Shown here: positions 38,964 through 48,095 of the stretch, one piece after another
How the letters are laid out: every line of letters starts with the position of its first letter
How positions within the stretch are numbered: position 1 is the first letter of the stretch
From: an uncultured Actinomycetes bacterium
GTDB lineage: Bacteria > Actinomycetota > UBA4738 > HRBIN12
Reading direction: 5' to 3'
NCBI GenBank assembly: GCA_963704885.1
Contig: CAVPIB010000004.1
Span: forward strand, 352,001 to 416,000
Length of the DNA stretch: 64,000 bases
Position numbers and translations under genes: made by a program
The notes under the pieces: generated by a model
The model's database searches: none
What the model was told of the DNA's origin: nothing
The model's input: only the letters and a program-made list of their open reading frames with translations

Positions 38964-41516
38964 CTACTCGTAGGTGATGGACTCCAAGACGTTCAACTTC
39001 GCGGCCCGTCGTGCAGGCCAGATGGCGGCCAGCACGCCGGCGAACCCAGCGAACACCACGTATGAGACGAGCTGTCCGATCGGGATCACGAGCTCGGTGA
39101 CGCCCTCAGGCGCCAGCGCCTGCTGCAGGGCCCACCCGAATCCCACACCGATCGCCACACCGAGGATGGCGCCCAGGATCGCGATGATCACCGACTCCCA
39201 CCGGATCATCCGTTTCACCTGTTTGCGGCCCATCCCCACCGCTCGAAGCAGTCCGAGCTCTCGGGTCCGTTCGAAGATCGACAACCCCAGCGTGTTCACG
39301 ATGCCGAAGAGCGCGATGAGGATCGCCATAGCCAGGAGCGCCGTCACCAGGCCGAGGAGCTGGTTTACGAACCCCGCCTGCTGTTCGCGGAAGGCGGTCT
39401 GGTCCTGGACCTGCAGGCCGCCGAAGTTCTCCGTGGCCGCTTCGATCGCGGTCTGCGCCGCGGCCGGGTCCGCGCCGGGCTCGAGCTTCACCATGGCGAA
39501 CCTGTCGAGTTGCTCGGCGAAGTAACGCTCGTACGTCTGGAGCGAGACCAGGTAGTCACCGTCGACGAGTCCCCGTTCGGCGAACGTGCCACCGAGCGTC
39601 AAGGGTTCCTCGCCGACCGAGGCGAACGCCGAGGGGATCTCGTCGCCCACCGCCCAACCGTTCTCTTCTGCCGTCTCGTCGAGGACGACTACGTGTCCGT
39701 CATCGAGCGACTCCAGCGCCCCCGGCGAGAACTCCATCGTCGCGACCTCGTCGATCGACGACGGGTCCACGGCGGTGAGGAACGCGGTCGAGCCATCCAC
39801 CTGGAACCCGCCCGATCGGAACTCCGCCACGGTCGCCACTCCTGCGACCTGACGCACTTCCTCGGCGGCGTCCGGGCTGAACGCCGTGAACGACGACGTC
39901 GTGAGCACGAAGTCGGCCTTCAGAGACTTCTGGAGCGCGACGTCGAACGACGACTTGAGCGAAGCCGAGAGGATGGACACCATCGATACGAGACCGAGAC
40001 CTATCATCAGCGCAGACGCCGTGGACGCGGTTCGGCGCGGGTTCCGCATGGCGTTCTCGCGACCGAGCTTCCCCTGAACCCCCATCCCCCGGATCGGCGC
40101 GCCGATCACGCTGGCCAGCGGCCGGGCTCCGAGCGGCAACAGGACCGCGATCCCCACGAACGTCAACGCGGCCCCTAACCCGATCAGCGTCCCCGCGTTC
40201 GACTGGTTGCCGAACAGGCCGTAGAGGAGCGCTGCCACGCCTACTCCCGCCACGATCAGGCCCGCGACCAACCTGCGGTGCAAAGACCCTCCGGGCCCCG
40301 TGTCCGCGGACTCTCGAAGGGCCTGCACGGGCGCAACGCGTGCCGCGCGCCGAGCCGGGAGGATGGCGGCGAAGACCGTGACCAGTGTGCCGACGACGAA
40401 CGCCCAGACGACGGTCCGAGGCTGGAGCTGAAGCGATGTGCTGGGCAGGTCTACCCCGAACACAGCCAGGAGACCCTGCAACCCGATCGCGATCCCGATG
40501 CCGGCCAACAGCCCGATCGCGGATGCGACCAGACCGATCACGAAAGCCTCCACCACGACCGAGGATAGGACCTGCCGGCGGCTCGCCCCGATCGCCCGCA
40601 GGAGCGCCAGCTCCCGCGTTCGCTGCGCCACGATGATCGAGAACGTGTTGAAGATGATGAAGGCCCCAACGAACAGCGCGATGAACGCGAAGACCAGGAG
40701 GGCGGTCCGGAAGAACCCGAGCGCCTCCTTCAGCTGTTTCGACTGCTCGTCGGCTACCGCGGTGCTCGTGACCGACTCGACACCTTTGGGCAGCACGTCC
40801 GCGATCCTCTGTTGAAGCTGGACCGCGGTGACGCCAGGTTCGGCAACCACGCCGATCTCGTCGAACACCCCGGTCTTTCCGAGCACGTCTTGCGCGGTCG
40901 GCGTGTCGAACAGAGCGAGCGTTGCGCCCGCCAGGTTGTCCGCGTCGCCGAAGCCCGCGATCCCCGAGATCGCGAATTCACGTGGCGGCCCCTGGAACAA
41001 GATCCGGATGACCTGTTTGATCTCGAGCCCATACTTCTTCGCGGTCCCGGCGTCGACCGCCACCTGGCCCGGGCCGACCGGCCTGGCGCCCGAGCGCAGG
41101 ACCAGGCCCGTGCTGGTGCTGCTCCAGTTAGCGCCGAGCGTGGGCGGACCGATACCGCCTATGGCGTCGCCGGTGGCCGGGTCGATCATCTGCGCGTACC
41201 CGAAGACGCCACCCTCGGCCGTCTCCACTCCCGGCACTTGTTGGATCGTCGGAAGGAGCGAGTCCGGGATGGTGCCGCGCTCGTTGCCGCTCCCTCCGCC
41301 GGGGCCACCCGCTTCCGGTGTGAAAGCCGAGGTGGCCCGCACGATCACGTCGGTCCCCGCAGAGGTCTCCGCGAACAGGTCGTCGAACGCTTTGTTCATG
41401 GTGTCCGTCAACACGAAAGTGCCGGCCACGAACCCGACGCCCAGAACGATGGACAGCGCGGTGAGGATCAGACGGAGCTTGCGCCCCAAGAGGCTCTTGA
41501 GGGTGGCTCGGAACAC
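38964..41516 (-). CDS. ABC transporter permease, duplicated FtsX/MacB-type
   Basis: Two halves with NTFSIIVAQRTRELALLRAIGA and NTLGLSIFERTRELGLLRAVGM, plus RNPRRTA. Confidence 0.92.
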   Translation of the reverse strand: MFRATLKSLLGRKLRLILTALSIVLGVGFVAGTFVLTDTMNKAFDDLFAETSAGTDVIVRATSAFTPEAGGPGGGSGNERGTIPDSLLPTIQQVPGVETAEGGVFGYAQMIDPATGDAIGGIGPPTLGANWSSTSTGLVLRSGARPVGPGQVAVDAGTAKKYGLEIKQVIRILFQGPPREFAISGIAGFGDADNLAGATLALFDTPTAQDVLGKTGVFDEIGVVAEPGVTAVQLQQRIADVLPKGVESVTSTAVADEQSKQLKEALGFFRTALLVFAFIALFVGAFIIFNTFSIIVAQRTRELALLRAIGASRRQVLSSVVVEAFVIGLVASAIGLLAGIGIAIGLQGLLAVFGVDLPSTSLQLQPRTVVWAFVVGTLVTVFAAILPARRAARVAPVQALRESADTGPGGSLHRRLVAGLIVAGVGVAALLYGLFGNQSNAGTLIGLGAALTFVGIAVLLPLGARPLASVIGAPIRGMGVQGKLGRENAMRNPRRTASTASALMIGLGLVSMVSILSASLKSSFDVALQKSLKADFVLTTSSFTAFSPDAAEEVRQVAGVATVAEFRSGGFQVDGSTAFLTAVDPSSIDEVATMEFSPGALESLDDGHVVVLDETAEENGWAVGDEIPSAFASVGEEPLTLGGTFAERGLVDGDYLVSLQTYERYFAEQLDRFAMVKLEPGADPAAAQTAIEAATENFGGLQVQDQTAFREQQAGFVNQLLGLVTALLAMAILIALFGIVNTLGLSIFERTRELGLLRAVGMGRKQVKRMIRWESVIIAILGAILGVAIGVGFGWALQQALAPEGVTELVIPIGQLVSYVVFAGFAGVLAAIWPARRAAKLNVLESITYE

Positions 41517-41520
41517 TCGC

Positions 41521-42279
41521 TCAGCCCTCGAGCGACTTCAGTCGATCCAGCACGCGCTCCGCCGTCGGGTCGCGCATCTCGTCCACGATGTGCCCGTCCT
41601 CAAGGAAGATCACACGGTCGGCATAGCTCGCGGCGTTGGCGTCATGCGTGACCATCACGATCGTCTGTCCGTGGTCGTCGACCGCGGATCGAAGGAAGCC
41701 CAGGAGCTCCTGGCCCGAGTGAGAGTCCAGGTTCCCGGTGGGCTCATCCGCGAAGACGATCGCAGGTCGGGAGACGAGGGCTCGCGCGCCGGCGACACGC
41801 TGCTGCTGGCCTCCGGACAGCTGGTGCGGCCGGTGACCGAGCCGGTCGCCGAGGCCGATGGTGGCTACAACCTCGTCGAACCACGCACGATCGACGTCGC
41901 GTCCCGCGATGTCCAGCGGCAGGGTGATGTTCTCGCCGGCGGTGAGCGTGGGGACCAGGTTGAATGCCTGGAAGACGAAGCCCACCTTGTCCCTGCGGAG
42001 TTCGGTAAGCCGCTTGTCGTTCAACTCCGTGAGGTCGATGTCTCCCACGAACACCGTCCCGGTCGTCGGCGCGTCCAAGCCGGCCAGGCAGTGAAGGAGC
42101 GTCGACTTGCCCGACCCCGACGGCCCCATGATGGCCGTGAACTCGCCGGCGGCAAGCTCCACGTTCACGCCGCGGAGCGCCTCCACGGCGGCGTCGCCCT
42201 CGCCGTAGATCTTGCTCAGATCGACGGCCCTCGCGGCCACGGCGTCGACGGGGGCTATCGGCAGGGTCGTATCGCTCAT
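41521..42279 (-). CDS. ABC transporter ATP-binding protein (MacB/LolD-like)
   Basis: [42 protein letters not shown]. Confidence 0.95.
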   Translation of the reverse strand: MSDTTLPIAPVDAVAARAVDLSKIYGEGDAAVEALRGVNVELAAGEFTAIMGPSGSGKSTLLHCLAGLDAPTTGTVFVGDIDLTELNDKRLTELRRDKVGFVFQAFNLVPTLTAGENITLPLDIAGRDVDRAWFDEVVATIGLGDRLGHRPHQLSGGQQQRVAGARALVSRPAIVFADEPTGNLDSHSGQELLGFLRSAVDDHGQTIVMVTHDANAASYADRVIFLEDGHIVDEMRDPTAERVLDRLKSLEG

Positions 42280-42322
42280 CGTTCCTCCACGTTCGGATCG
42301 GACTGCAGGACGCTACGAGATG

Positions 42323-42394
42323 TGGGCGCGGCAGGTTTTGAACCTGCGACCTCTCGCGTGTGAGGCGAGCGCTCTCCCGCTGAGCTACGCGCCC
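42323..42394 (-). tRNA. tRNA-Val(CAC), CCA not encoded
   Basis: GGGCGCGTAGCTCAGCGGGAGAGCG-CTCGC-CT-CAC-AC-GCGAG-AGGTCGCAGGTTCAAAACCTGCCGCGCCCA cloverleaf. Confidence 0.95.
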
Positions 42395-42691
42395 GTCTTC
42401 GGGATCCGTAGCCTAGCGGATTCGGATACGTCGGCTGGTGAGGGCTCGTGGTGGGGATAAGGTGACGGCGGCACGTGCCCGCGTCGTGCCGCCGTCGCAT
42501 CCGCGCTCCGAAGAGCGGGACGTTCCTGCAGTTCAGGCGGGAGTTTGGCACAGCTGATGAGGCATCCGCAAGGACGGGAGGTGGTCGCTTCGGGGCCGCC
42601 AGAGCGCCTTGGGGGTAACGTGTCGGTTGGATCGATGAAGCTACGCTTCGACCACACGGCCGCGAAGCGACGAGCAGGGAGGCGAGCGGAG

Positions 42692-42850
42692 ATGAAGCGC
42701 TTCCTTACGGACCTCTTCGGCAGGGTCCGTGCGAGATCGGAGACCGATCGCAAGCGCGCCCTTGAGCGAGCCGCCAGGGAGATGAGCCGCCGTGATCCTC
42801 ATGGCGGCAGCATCTGGAGATCTGGGAAGGGCGGTTCTCACCCCGGCTGA
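42692..42850 (+). CDS. Small basic hypothetical protein (52 aa; alternative start 42635)
   Basis: GGGAGG upstream of ATG 42692. Sequence begins MKRFLTDLFGRVRARSETDRKRALERAAREM. No recognisable family. Confidence 0.4.
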   Translation: MKRFLTDLFGRVRARSETDRKRALERAAREMSRRDPHGGSIWRSGKGGSHPG

Positions 42851-43031
42851 AAGGCGACGCTACCCCCCCACGCTCGACGCGGGGCATGCTGCAAGCAGGT
42901 GCTGAACCGGAGCTGATGTCGACAACGGAGGTCTCAGGACTTTCGACCGGGGAAGATGACGACCTCTGTCACCCCGAAACGGCCGACAGGTCCCTTTGAT
43001 TCACATGCATTCTTCTCTAAGTTGACACCCA

Positions 43032-43241
43032 ATGGACTCCTCCTCGAAGCGCGATCCCGGACGTCGATGCTCAGCCCCAGGCTGCACCACCGTCCTATCG
43101 ATCTACAACTCCGATCATCTGTGCTTCGCACACGCTGACGCCGCGACTCGTGCTCGATTCGAACCCAGGAGGTCGGTCGGGAGCACTCCCGCCATCTATC
43201 GACAGCGGACCGACTCATCGACCTACGCGGCGGTGTCCTAG
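43032..43241 (+). CDS. Small hypothetical protein with C-x4-C...C-x2-H putative Zn site
   Basis: RRCSAPGCTTVLSIYNSDHLCFAH. AT-rich TTGATT-N16-TAAGTT lies 8 nt before the ATG. Confidence 0.6.
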   Translation: MDSSSKRDPGRRCSAPGCTTVLSIYNSDHLCFAHADAATRARFEPRRSVGSTPAIYRQRTDSSTYAAVS

Positions 43242-43310
43242 GGATCTCTCGTGCCATTGCAGGAAGACCCGCACGACGAACACGCAAGGGAGACGAGGGA
43301 AAAGGGCGAG

Positions 43311-43483
43311 ATGCCCGGGATCTTCGTGGACCCGCTATCGATCTCGCTCGTCGAGAACCGTGCGGCAGCGGGTGAGCAAGCGTTCAAGGAGATGTTGGAG
43401 CGCCAAGGCGGCCCCGGCAGGGCAAGCGTCGCCGAGAGTGGTTGGAGCAACACATGGACGCGTTGCGCGCCGCGTTCGCGTGA
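43311..43483 (+). pseudogene. Small (~57 aa) hypothetical protein with apparent 1-nt deletion near 43410
   Basis: MPGIFVDPLSISLVENRAAAGEQAFKEMLERQGGP continues in a shifted frame as QGKRRREWLEQHMDALRAAFA-stop. The span is 173 nt, and a purine-rich RBS lies upstream. Confidence 0.45.
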
Positions 43484-43503
43484 GCAACGCGCGCGGTCTT
43501 GGT

Positions 43504-43578
43504 TGGTGGGCGCTAGAGGATTTGAACCTCTGACCTCTTCCGTGTCAGGGAAGCGCTCTCCCCCTGAGCTAAGCGCCC
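43504..43578 (-). tRNA. tRNA-Val(GAC)
   Basis: GGGCGCTTAGCTCAG...CTTCC-CT-GAC-AC-GGAAG...GGTTCAAATCC...GCGCCCACCA. Confidence 0.96.
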
Positions 43579-43615
43579 GTGCGGGGACTGTACCAAGGGA
43601 CCTATCGGCCTCTCG

Positions 43616-43686
43616 AGGCGGGGACCGGAATCGAACCGGTGTGCGGGGCTTTGCAGGCCCCTGCCTAACCACTCGGCCACCCCGCC
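43616..43686 (-). tRNA. tRNA-Cys(GCA), CCA not encoded
   Basis: GGCGGGGTGGCCGAGTGGTTAGGCA-GGGGC-CT-GCA-AA-GCCCC-GCACACCGGTTCGATTCCGGTCCCCGCCT, with U73 discriminator. Confidence 0.96.
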
Positions 43687-43722
43687 GAACCGGCCCAGTC
43701 TACGGGACCATCCCGGAACGAC

Positions 43723-43749
43723 CGAACGGCCGCCGGAGGCGGCCGTTCG
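43723..43749 (-). terminator. Perfect 12-bp hairpin immediately 3' of tRNA-Gly
   Basis: CGAACGGCCGCC-GGA-GGCGGCCGTTCG. Confidence 0.55.
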
Positions 43750-43750
43750 A

Positions 43751-43826
<76 letters not shown>

Positions 43827-43869
43827 GTACACCCCAGGCTAGCGCGGCTCCTCCGGTGCTTCAACCGCG

Positions 43870-44304
43870 CTACGCGGTCCCCGTCGAACCGAATCCCCCG
43901 GTTCCCCGGTGTGAAGGTGGGAGCAGTTCCGCCCACGTCGCCTTGACCTCGGGGATCGCGACGATGACGAGCTGCGCGATCCGGTCGCCCTTCTCGATCC
44001 GAACGGGTTCCGTCAGATCGAGATTCACGACCGCGCAGATGACCTCGCCGCGGTACCCGGAATCGATGAGCCCCGGTGCGTTCACCAGCGTGAGACCTTG
44101 CCCCGACGCCAAGCCGGACCGCGGTAGCACCATCCCGGCATGGCCTTGTGGCACGGCGACCGCCACGCCGGTTGGCACCATCGCTCGCCTTCCCGGAGCC
44201 ACCTCCACATCGACGATCGATCGCAGATCGAGACCCGCGTCCCCCGGATGTGCGGCCGTCGGCAGCTCAGCGTCCTGATGAAGCCGCTCGAACGGGACGT
44301 CCAT
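43870..44304 (-). CDS. dut: dUTP diphosphatase
   Basis: DAGLDL, PRSGLA, NAPGLIDSGYRGE, GDRIAQL, RGTGGFGSTG. Confidence 0.96.
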   Translation of the reverse strand: MDVPFERLHQDAELPTAAHPGDAGLDLRSIVDVEVAPGRRAMVPTGVAVAVPQGHAGMVLPRSGLASGQGLTLVNAPGLIDSGYRGEVICAVVNLDLTEPVRIEKGDRIAQLVIVAIPEVKATWAELLPPSHRGTGGFGSTGTA

Positions 44305-44684
44305 CAGACCGGCTCGATCAGCTCGATGCGATTGCCGAACGGATCGCGCACGTACACCCGGTGGAAGCCCTCGAGCTGCACCTCGTCGTCCACCACGCGG
44401 ATGCCGGCCGCGTCCAGGCGCGCGAGCAACTGCTCCAATCCTTCGACCATGAGGGCGGGGTGCGCCTTGAACGCGGGGCTGAACCCGTCCTCGACGCCCA
44501 GGTGCAGCTCCATGTCGCGGCCCCGGAACCAGACGCCGCCGCGAGGAGCCAGCGCGGGCGGCTTGGAGATCTGCTCGAGCCCTAGCAGGTAGCCATAGAA
44601 CTTCTCGGCGGCATCCTCCTCACCCTCGGGCATGGCCAGCTGGATGTGATGCAGCCCGACGACTCGCCCATCCCGGCGATCCAT
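44304..44684 (-). CDS. VOC / glyoxalase family protein
   Basis: LHHIQLAMP, FYGYLLGL, GGVWF, LHLGVE, KAHPA, DPFGNRIELI. Start at ATG 44684. Confidence 0.9.
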   Translation of the reverse strand: MDRRDGRVVGLHHIQLAMPEGEEDAAEKFYGYLLGLEQISKPPALAPRGGVWFRGRDMELHLGVEDGFSPAFKAHPALMVEGLEQLLARLDAAGIRVVDDEVQLEGFHRVYVRDPFGNRIELIEPV

Positions 44685-44694
44685 GCCGCGGATA

Positions 44695-47427
44695 CTACGA
44701 GCAACCGCTGGTGCTGCCGCACGTCCCGCATACGTAGCACGACCCAGCCGGCTGCATCTTCGAGCCGCACTGGTAGCAGAGCGGCGCGTCGAGGATCCTG
44801 GCCGTGGGTTTCTGGGTGACCTCGATCGGCTGTGGGTCCTCCCGTTCCACCATCGGGGCCGGCTCCTGCGCATTCTCCTCCAACTCCGTCTGGGCCGCCG
44901 CCTTCCGCTCCTCGATGGAACGGATCCCAAGAGCCTCGCGTTTGTCCTCGGACAGGTAGTCGAGCGCCAGCCGGCGGAACACGTAGTCGACCAGCGAGGT
45001 GGCGAAGCGGATGTCGGGGTCGTTCGTCATCCCGGACGGCTCGAACTTCATGTTGATGAACTTGGCGACGAAGGTCTCGAGCGGCACTCCGTACTGCAGC
45101 CCGATCGAGACCGCGATCGCGAACGCATCCATCACTCCCGACAGGGTGGAGCCCTGTTTGGAGGTCTTCAGGAAGATCTCACCCAGGCCGTCGTCTGGAT
45201 ACGAACCCGCCGTGATGTAGCCCTCAGCGTCGCCGACCTGGTACGAGGTGGTCGTGGACGGGCGGGACATGGGCAGGCGCCGACGGACCGGCTGCGCGAG
45301 CTCCGCGAGAGGCGCTTCGACGGTCTTCTTCTTGTCGGCCGACAGCGGCTGCGCCACCTTGCAGTTGTCGCGGTAGATCGCCACGGCCTTCAGGCCGAGC
45401 TTCCAGGACTCCACGAACAGCTTCTCGACCTCCTCGACCGTGGCCGCCTCGGGCATGTTCACCGTCTTGGATATGGCGCCCGAGATGAACGGCTGGGCCG
45501 CGGCCATCATCCGCACGTGTCCCATGTAGTGGATCGGCTCGGCGCCCATCGCCGTGTCGAACACCGCGTAGTGCTCGGTCTTCAGGTGCGGGGCGTCCAC
45601 CACCGAGTTGTGCTCGGCGATGTAGGCGACGATGTCTTCGATCTGGGGTGCGCTGTAACCCAGCTTGTCGAGCGCCCGCGGCACGGTCTGGTTCACGAAC
45701 TGCATGGTGCCGCCGCCCACCAGCTTCTTCGTCTTCACGAGCGCCAGCTCCGGCTCTATGCCGGTGGTGTCGCAGTCCATCATCAGGCCGATCGTTCCGG
45801 TCGGCGCCAGGACCGACGCCTGCGCGTTGCGATACCCGTGGACCTCACCGAGGGAGACCGCCTCGTCCAAGGCGTTCTTGGCCGAGGAGAGCAGCCCTTC
45901 CGGAACGAGGTCGCCGTCGATCTCATCGACGGCGGCACGATGCTTGCGCATCACGCGGAGCATGGCGTCGCGGTTCGGATCGAAACCGTCGAAGGTCCCC
46001 ATCACCTCCGCGGTTCTGGCGCTGGTGCGGTACGCGTGACCGGTCATGAGCGCCGTGATCGCTCCGGCCCACGCGCGACCCCCGTCGGAGTCGTAGGGCA
46101 GGCCCCGCGCCATCAGGAGGGCGCCGAGGTTCGCGTAGCCAAGACCCAGCTGCCGGTAGGCGCGAGCGTTCTCACCGATCTTGTCTGTCGGGTAGCTGGA
46201 CTCCCCGACCAAGATCTCCTGCGCCGTGAACACGATCTCGACCGCGTGACGGAACGACGCCACATCGAAGTTCCCGTCGTCGTCCAGGAACTTCATGAGG
46301 TTCAGCGACGCCAGGTTGCACGCCGAGTTGTCCAGGTGCATGTACTCCGAGCACGGGTTCGATGCGTTGATACGACCCGACGCCGGGCAGGTGTGCCATT
46401 CGTTGATCGTCGTGTCGTACTGCATGCCAGGGTCGGCGCACTCCCAGGCGGCCTGAGCGATCTCGCGCATCAGCTCGCGGGCCCTGATCGTGTCCACGGT
46501 CTCGCCGCTGAGAACGGCCTTCAGCTTCCAATCCTGATCCTGCTCGTGCGCCCGCATGAACTCGTCGGTCACGCGCACCGAGTTATTGGCGTTCTGATAC
46601 TGGATGGAGTACGCGTCCTTGCCGTCGAGGTCCATGTCGAACCCAGCGTCGCGGAGCGCGCGAGCTTTGTGCTCCTCGACCGCCTTGCACCAGATGAAGT
46701 CGCGGATGTCTGGATGGTCGGCGTTCAGGATGACCATCTTCGCCGCCCTACGGGTCTTGCCGCCCGACTTGATCGTCCCGGCCGAGGAGTCCGCGCCACG
46801 CATGAACGACACGGGCCCCGAGGCGGTACCGCCGCCGGCGAGCGATTCCATCGACGAGCGGATCTGCGACAGGTTGATCCCCGACCCAGAGCCACCCTTG
46901 AAGATCGTGCCCTCCTCGACGTACCAGTTGAGGATGGACGACATGTGGTCCTCCACGGCCAGGATGAAGCAGGCCGAGCACTGCTGAGGAGTGTCGGGAA
47001 CGCCCACGTTGAACCACACCGGCGAGTTGAACGCAGCCTTCTGCGTGACGATCAGATGGGCCAGCTCCTCCGCGAACACCTGCGCGTCGTGGGCGGAGGC
47101 GAAGTACCCGTTGCGCTCGCCCCATCCGCGGATGGTGTCCACCACGCGGCCCGCCAGCTGACGGACGGACGATTCACGCTGCGGAGTGTCGAGGGTGCCG
47201 CGGAAGTACTTCTGGGCGACGATGTTCGTGGCGTTCTGAGACCACGAGATGGGGAACTCCACGTCGCGTTGCTCGAAGGCGTAGCCGCCCTCCTTGAAGT
47301 TGGGGATCACCGCGTCCCGGGTCTCCCACTCGATATCGTCGAACGGGTGGCGGCCCTCGGTCGTGAAGTACCGGCTGAAGGTCAGCCCCTCGCGGATGAC
47401 CTCGACATCCCCCTCTTTCGTCGCCAA
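44695..47427 (-). CDS. nrdJ: Class II (adenosylcobalamin-dependent) ribonucleotide reductase
   Basis: FNSPVWFN, QCSACFI, GGKTRRAAKM, NPCSEY, CNLASLNL, APTGTI, GAISKTVN, C-terminal Cys ribbon. Start TTG 47427 after AGGGAGAGGG. No intein seen. Confidence 0.96.
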   Translation of the reverse strand: MATKEGDVEVIREGLTFSRYFTTEGRHPFDDIEWETRDAVIPNFKEGGYAFEQRDVEFPISWSQNATNIVAQKYFRGTLDTPQRESSVRQLAGRVVDTIRGWGERNGYFASAHDAQVFAEELAHLIVTQKAAFNSPVWFNVGVPDTPQQCSACFILAVEDHMSSILNWYVEEGTIFKGGSGSGINLSQIRSSMESLAGGGTASGPVSFMRGADSSAGTIKSGGKTRRAAKMVILNADHPDIRDFIWCKAVEEHKARALRDAGFDMDLDGKDAYSIQYQNANNSVRVTDEFMRAHEQDQDWKLKAVLSGETVDTIRARELMREIAQAAWECADPGMQYDTTINEWHTCPASGRINASNPCSEYMHLDNSACNLASLNLMKFLDDDGNFDVASFRHAVEIVFTAQEILVGESSYPTDKIGENARAYRQLGLGYANLGALLMARGLPYDSDGGRAWAGAITALMTGHAYRTSARTAEVMGTFDGFDPNRDAMLRVMRKHRAAVDEIDGDLVPEGLLSSAKNALDEAVSLGEVHGYRNAQASVLAPTGTIGLMMDCDTTGIEPELALVKTKKLVGGGTMQFVNQTVPRALDKLGYSAPQIEDIVAYIAEHNSVVDAPHLKTEHYAVFDTAMGAEPIHYMGHVRMMAAAQPFISGAISKTVNMPEAATVEEVEKLFVESWKLGLKAVAIYRDNCKVAQPLSADKKKTVEAPLAELAQPVRRRLPMSRPSTTTSYQVGDAEGYITAGSYPDDGLGEIFLKTSKQGSTLSGVMDAFAIAVSIGLQYGVPLETFVAKFINMKFEPSGMTNDPDIRFATSLVDYVFRRLALDYLSEDKREALGIRSIEERKAAAQTELEENAQEPAPMVEREDPQPIEVTQKPTARILDAPLCYQCGSKMQPAGSCYVCGTCGSTSGCS

Positions 47428-47449
47428 TGCCCTCTCCCTTCTCGCAACC

Positions 47450-47480
47450 TGTGGACAACCTGTGGAACCTCTGTGGATGA
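47450..47480 (-). promoter_or_regulatory. Three DnaA-box-like 9-mers at 11-bp spacing in the nrdJ leader
   Basis: Minus strand: TCATCCACA (47480-47472), GGTTCCACA (47469-47461), TTGTCCACA (47458-47450, matching the actinobacterial DnaA box). Confidence 0.65.
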
Positions 47481-47531
47481 ATGACACCTGTGTCATTCGA
47501 GCTTCTGGATTCTGAACCCGGACAGACGCCT

Positions 47532-47579
47532 CGTCAAGATGCAGTGGCCAGAAAGTTCGCCAACCACTACATCTAGTAT
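47532..47579. promoter_or_regulatory. Tandem NrdR boxes at the nrdJ promoter
   Basis: CCACTACATCTAGTAT (47564-47579) and CCACTGCATCTTGACG (minus strand, 47547-47532), 32 bp apart. The second overlaps the -35 of TTGACG-N17-CAGAAT. Confidence 0.75.
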
Positions 47580-47609
47580 CTCAGGGGAAAGCCGCGATGA
47601 CCGCCTCGA

Positions 47610-48086
47610 TCAGCGGGCGCGCCGCTTGGCGGGCAACTTCTTCTCCAGGAGCACGTCCAACTCACGCTCGAAGTCCGTGATCTCTTGGAAGTCCTTGTAG
47701 ACGCTGGCGAACCTCATGTACGCCACCTGATCGAGCTTGCGGAGGTTGGCCAGCACCTCCAGGCCCACGGCCTGAGAGGTGACCTCGGGCCCCTTGCGCC
47801 GTAGCCGCTCCTCCACCCGCTCCACGACTCTTTCGACCTGCTCGGGCGAAACGGGACGGTTCTTGATGGCCTTCAGGATGCCGCCCTCGAGCTTGGCCCG
47901 GTCGAAGGCATCTTTCGACCCGTCGCGCTTCACCACGACCAGGCCGACGTCCTCGATCCGCTCGAAAGTGGTGTACCGGCGCCGGCAGGCGCCACATTCG
48001 CGTCGTCGCCGGATGGCCGCGCCGCGGTCGGCGGGACGCGAGTCGACCACGCGGTCGTCGTCGGCGCTGCACCAGGGACATCGCAT
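47610..48086 (-). CDS. nrdR: Transcriptional repressor NrdR
   Basis: MRCPWC..DRVVDSR..IRRRRECGAC..RYTTFE, ATP-cone VVKRDG, AYMRFASVYKDF. Confidence 0.97.
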   Translation of the reverse strand: MRCPWCSADDDRVVDSRPADRGAAIRRRRECGACRRRYTTFERIEDVGLVVVKRDGSKDAFDRAKLEGGILKAIKNRPVSPEQVERVVERVEERLRRKGPEVTSQAVGLEVLANLRKLDQVAYMRFASVYKDFQEITDFERELDVLLEKKLPAKRRAR

Positions 48087-48095
48087 GGTCGGGTG

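Noticed and set aside
42545-42560. TTGGCAC resembling a sigma54 -24 element
   Set aside because: The -12 position reads ATGA rather than TTGC, and sigma54 is generally absent from Actinomycetota.
42554-42610. CTGATGA suggesting a hammerhead ribozyme or fluoride riboswitch
   Set aside because: There is no GAAA after a stem II and no upstream GGnGATGG element, so neither consensus is met.
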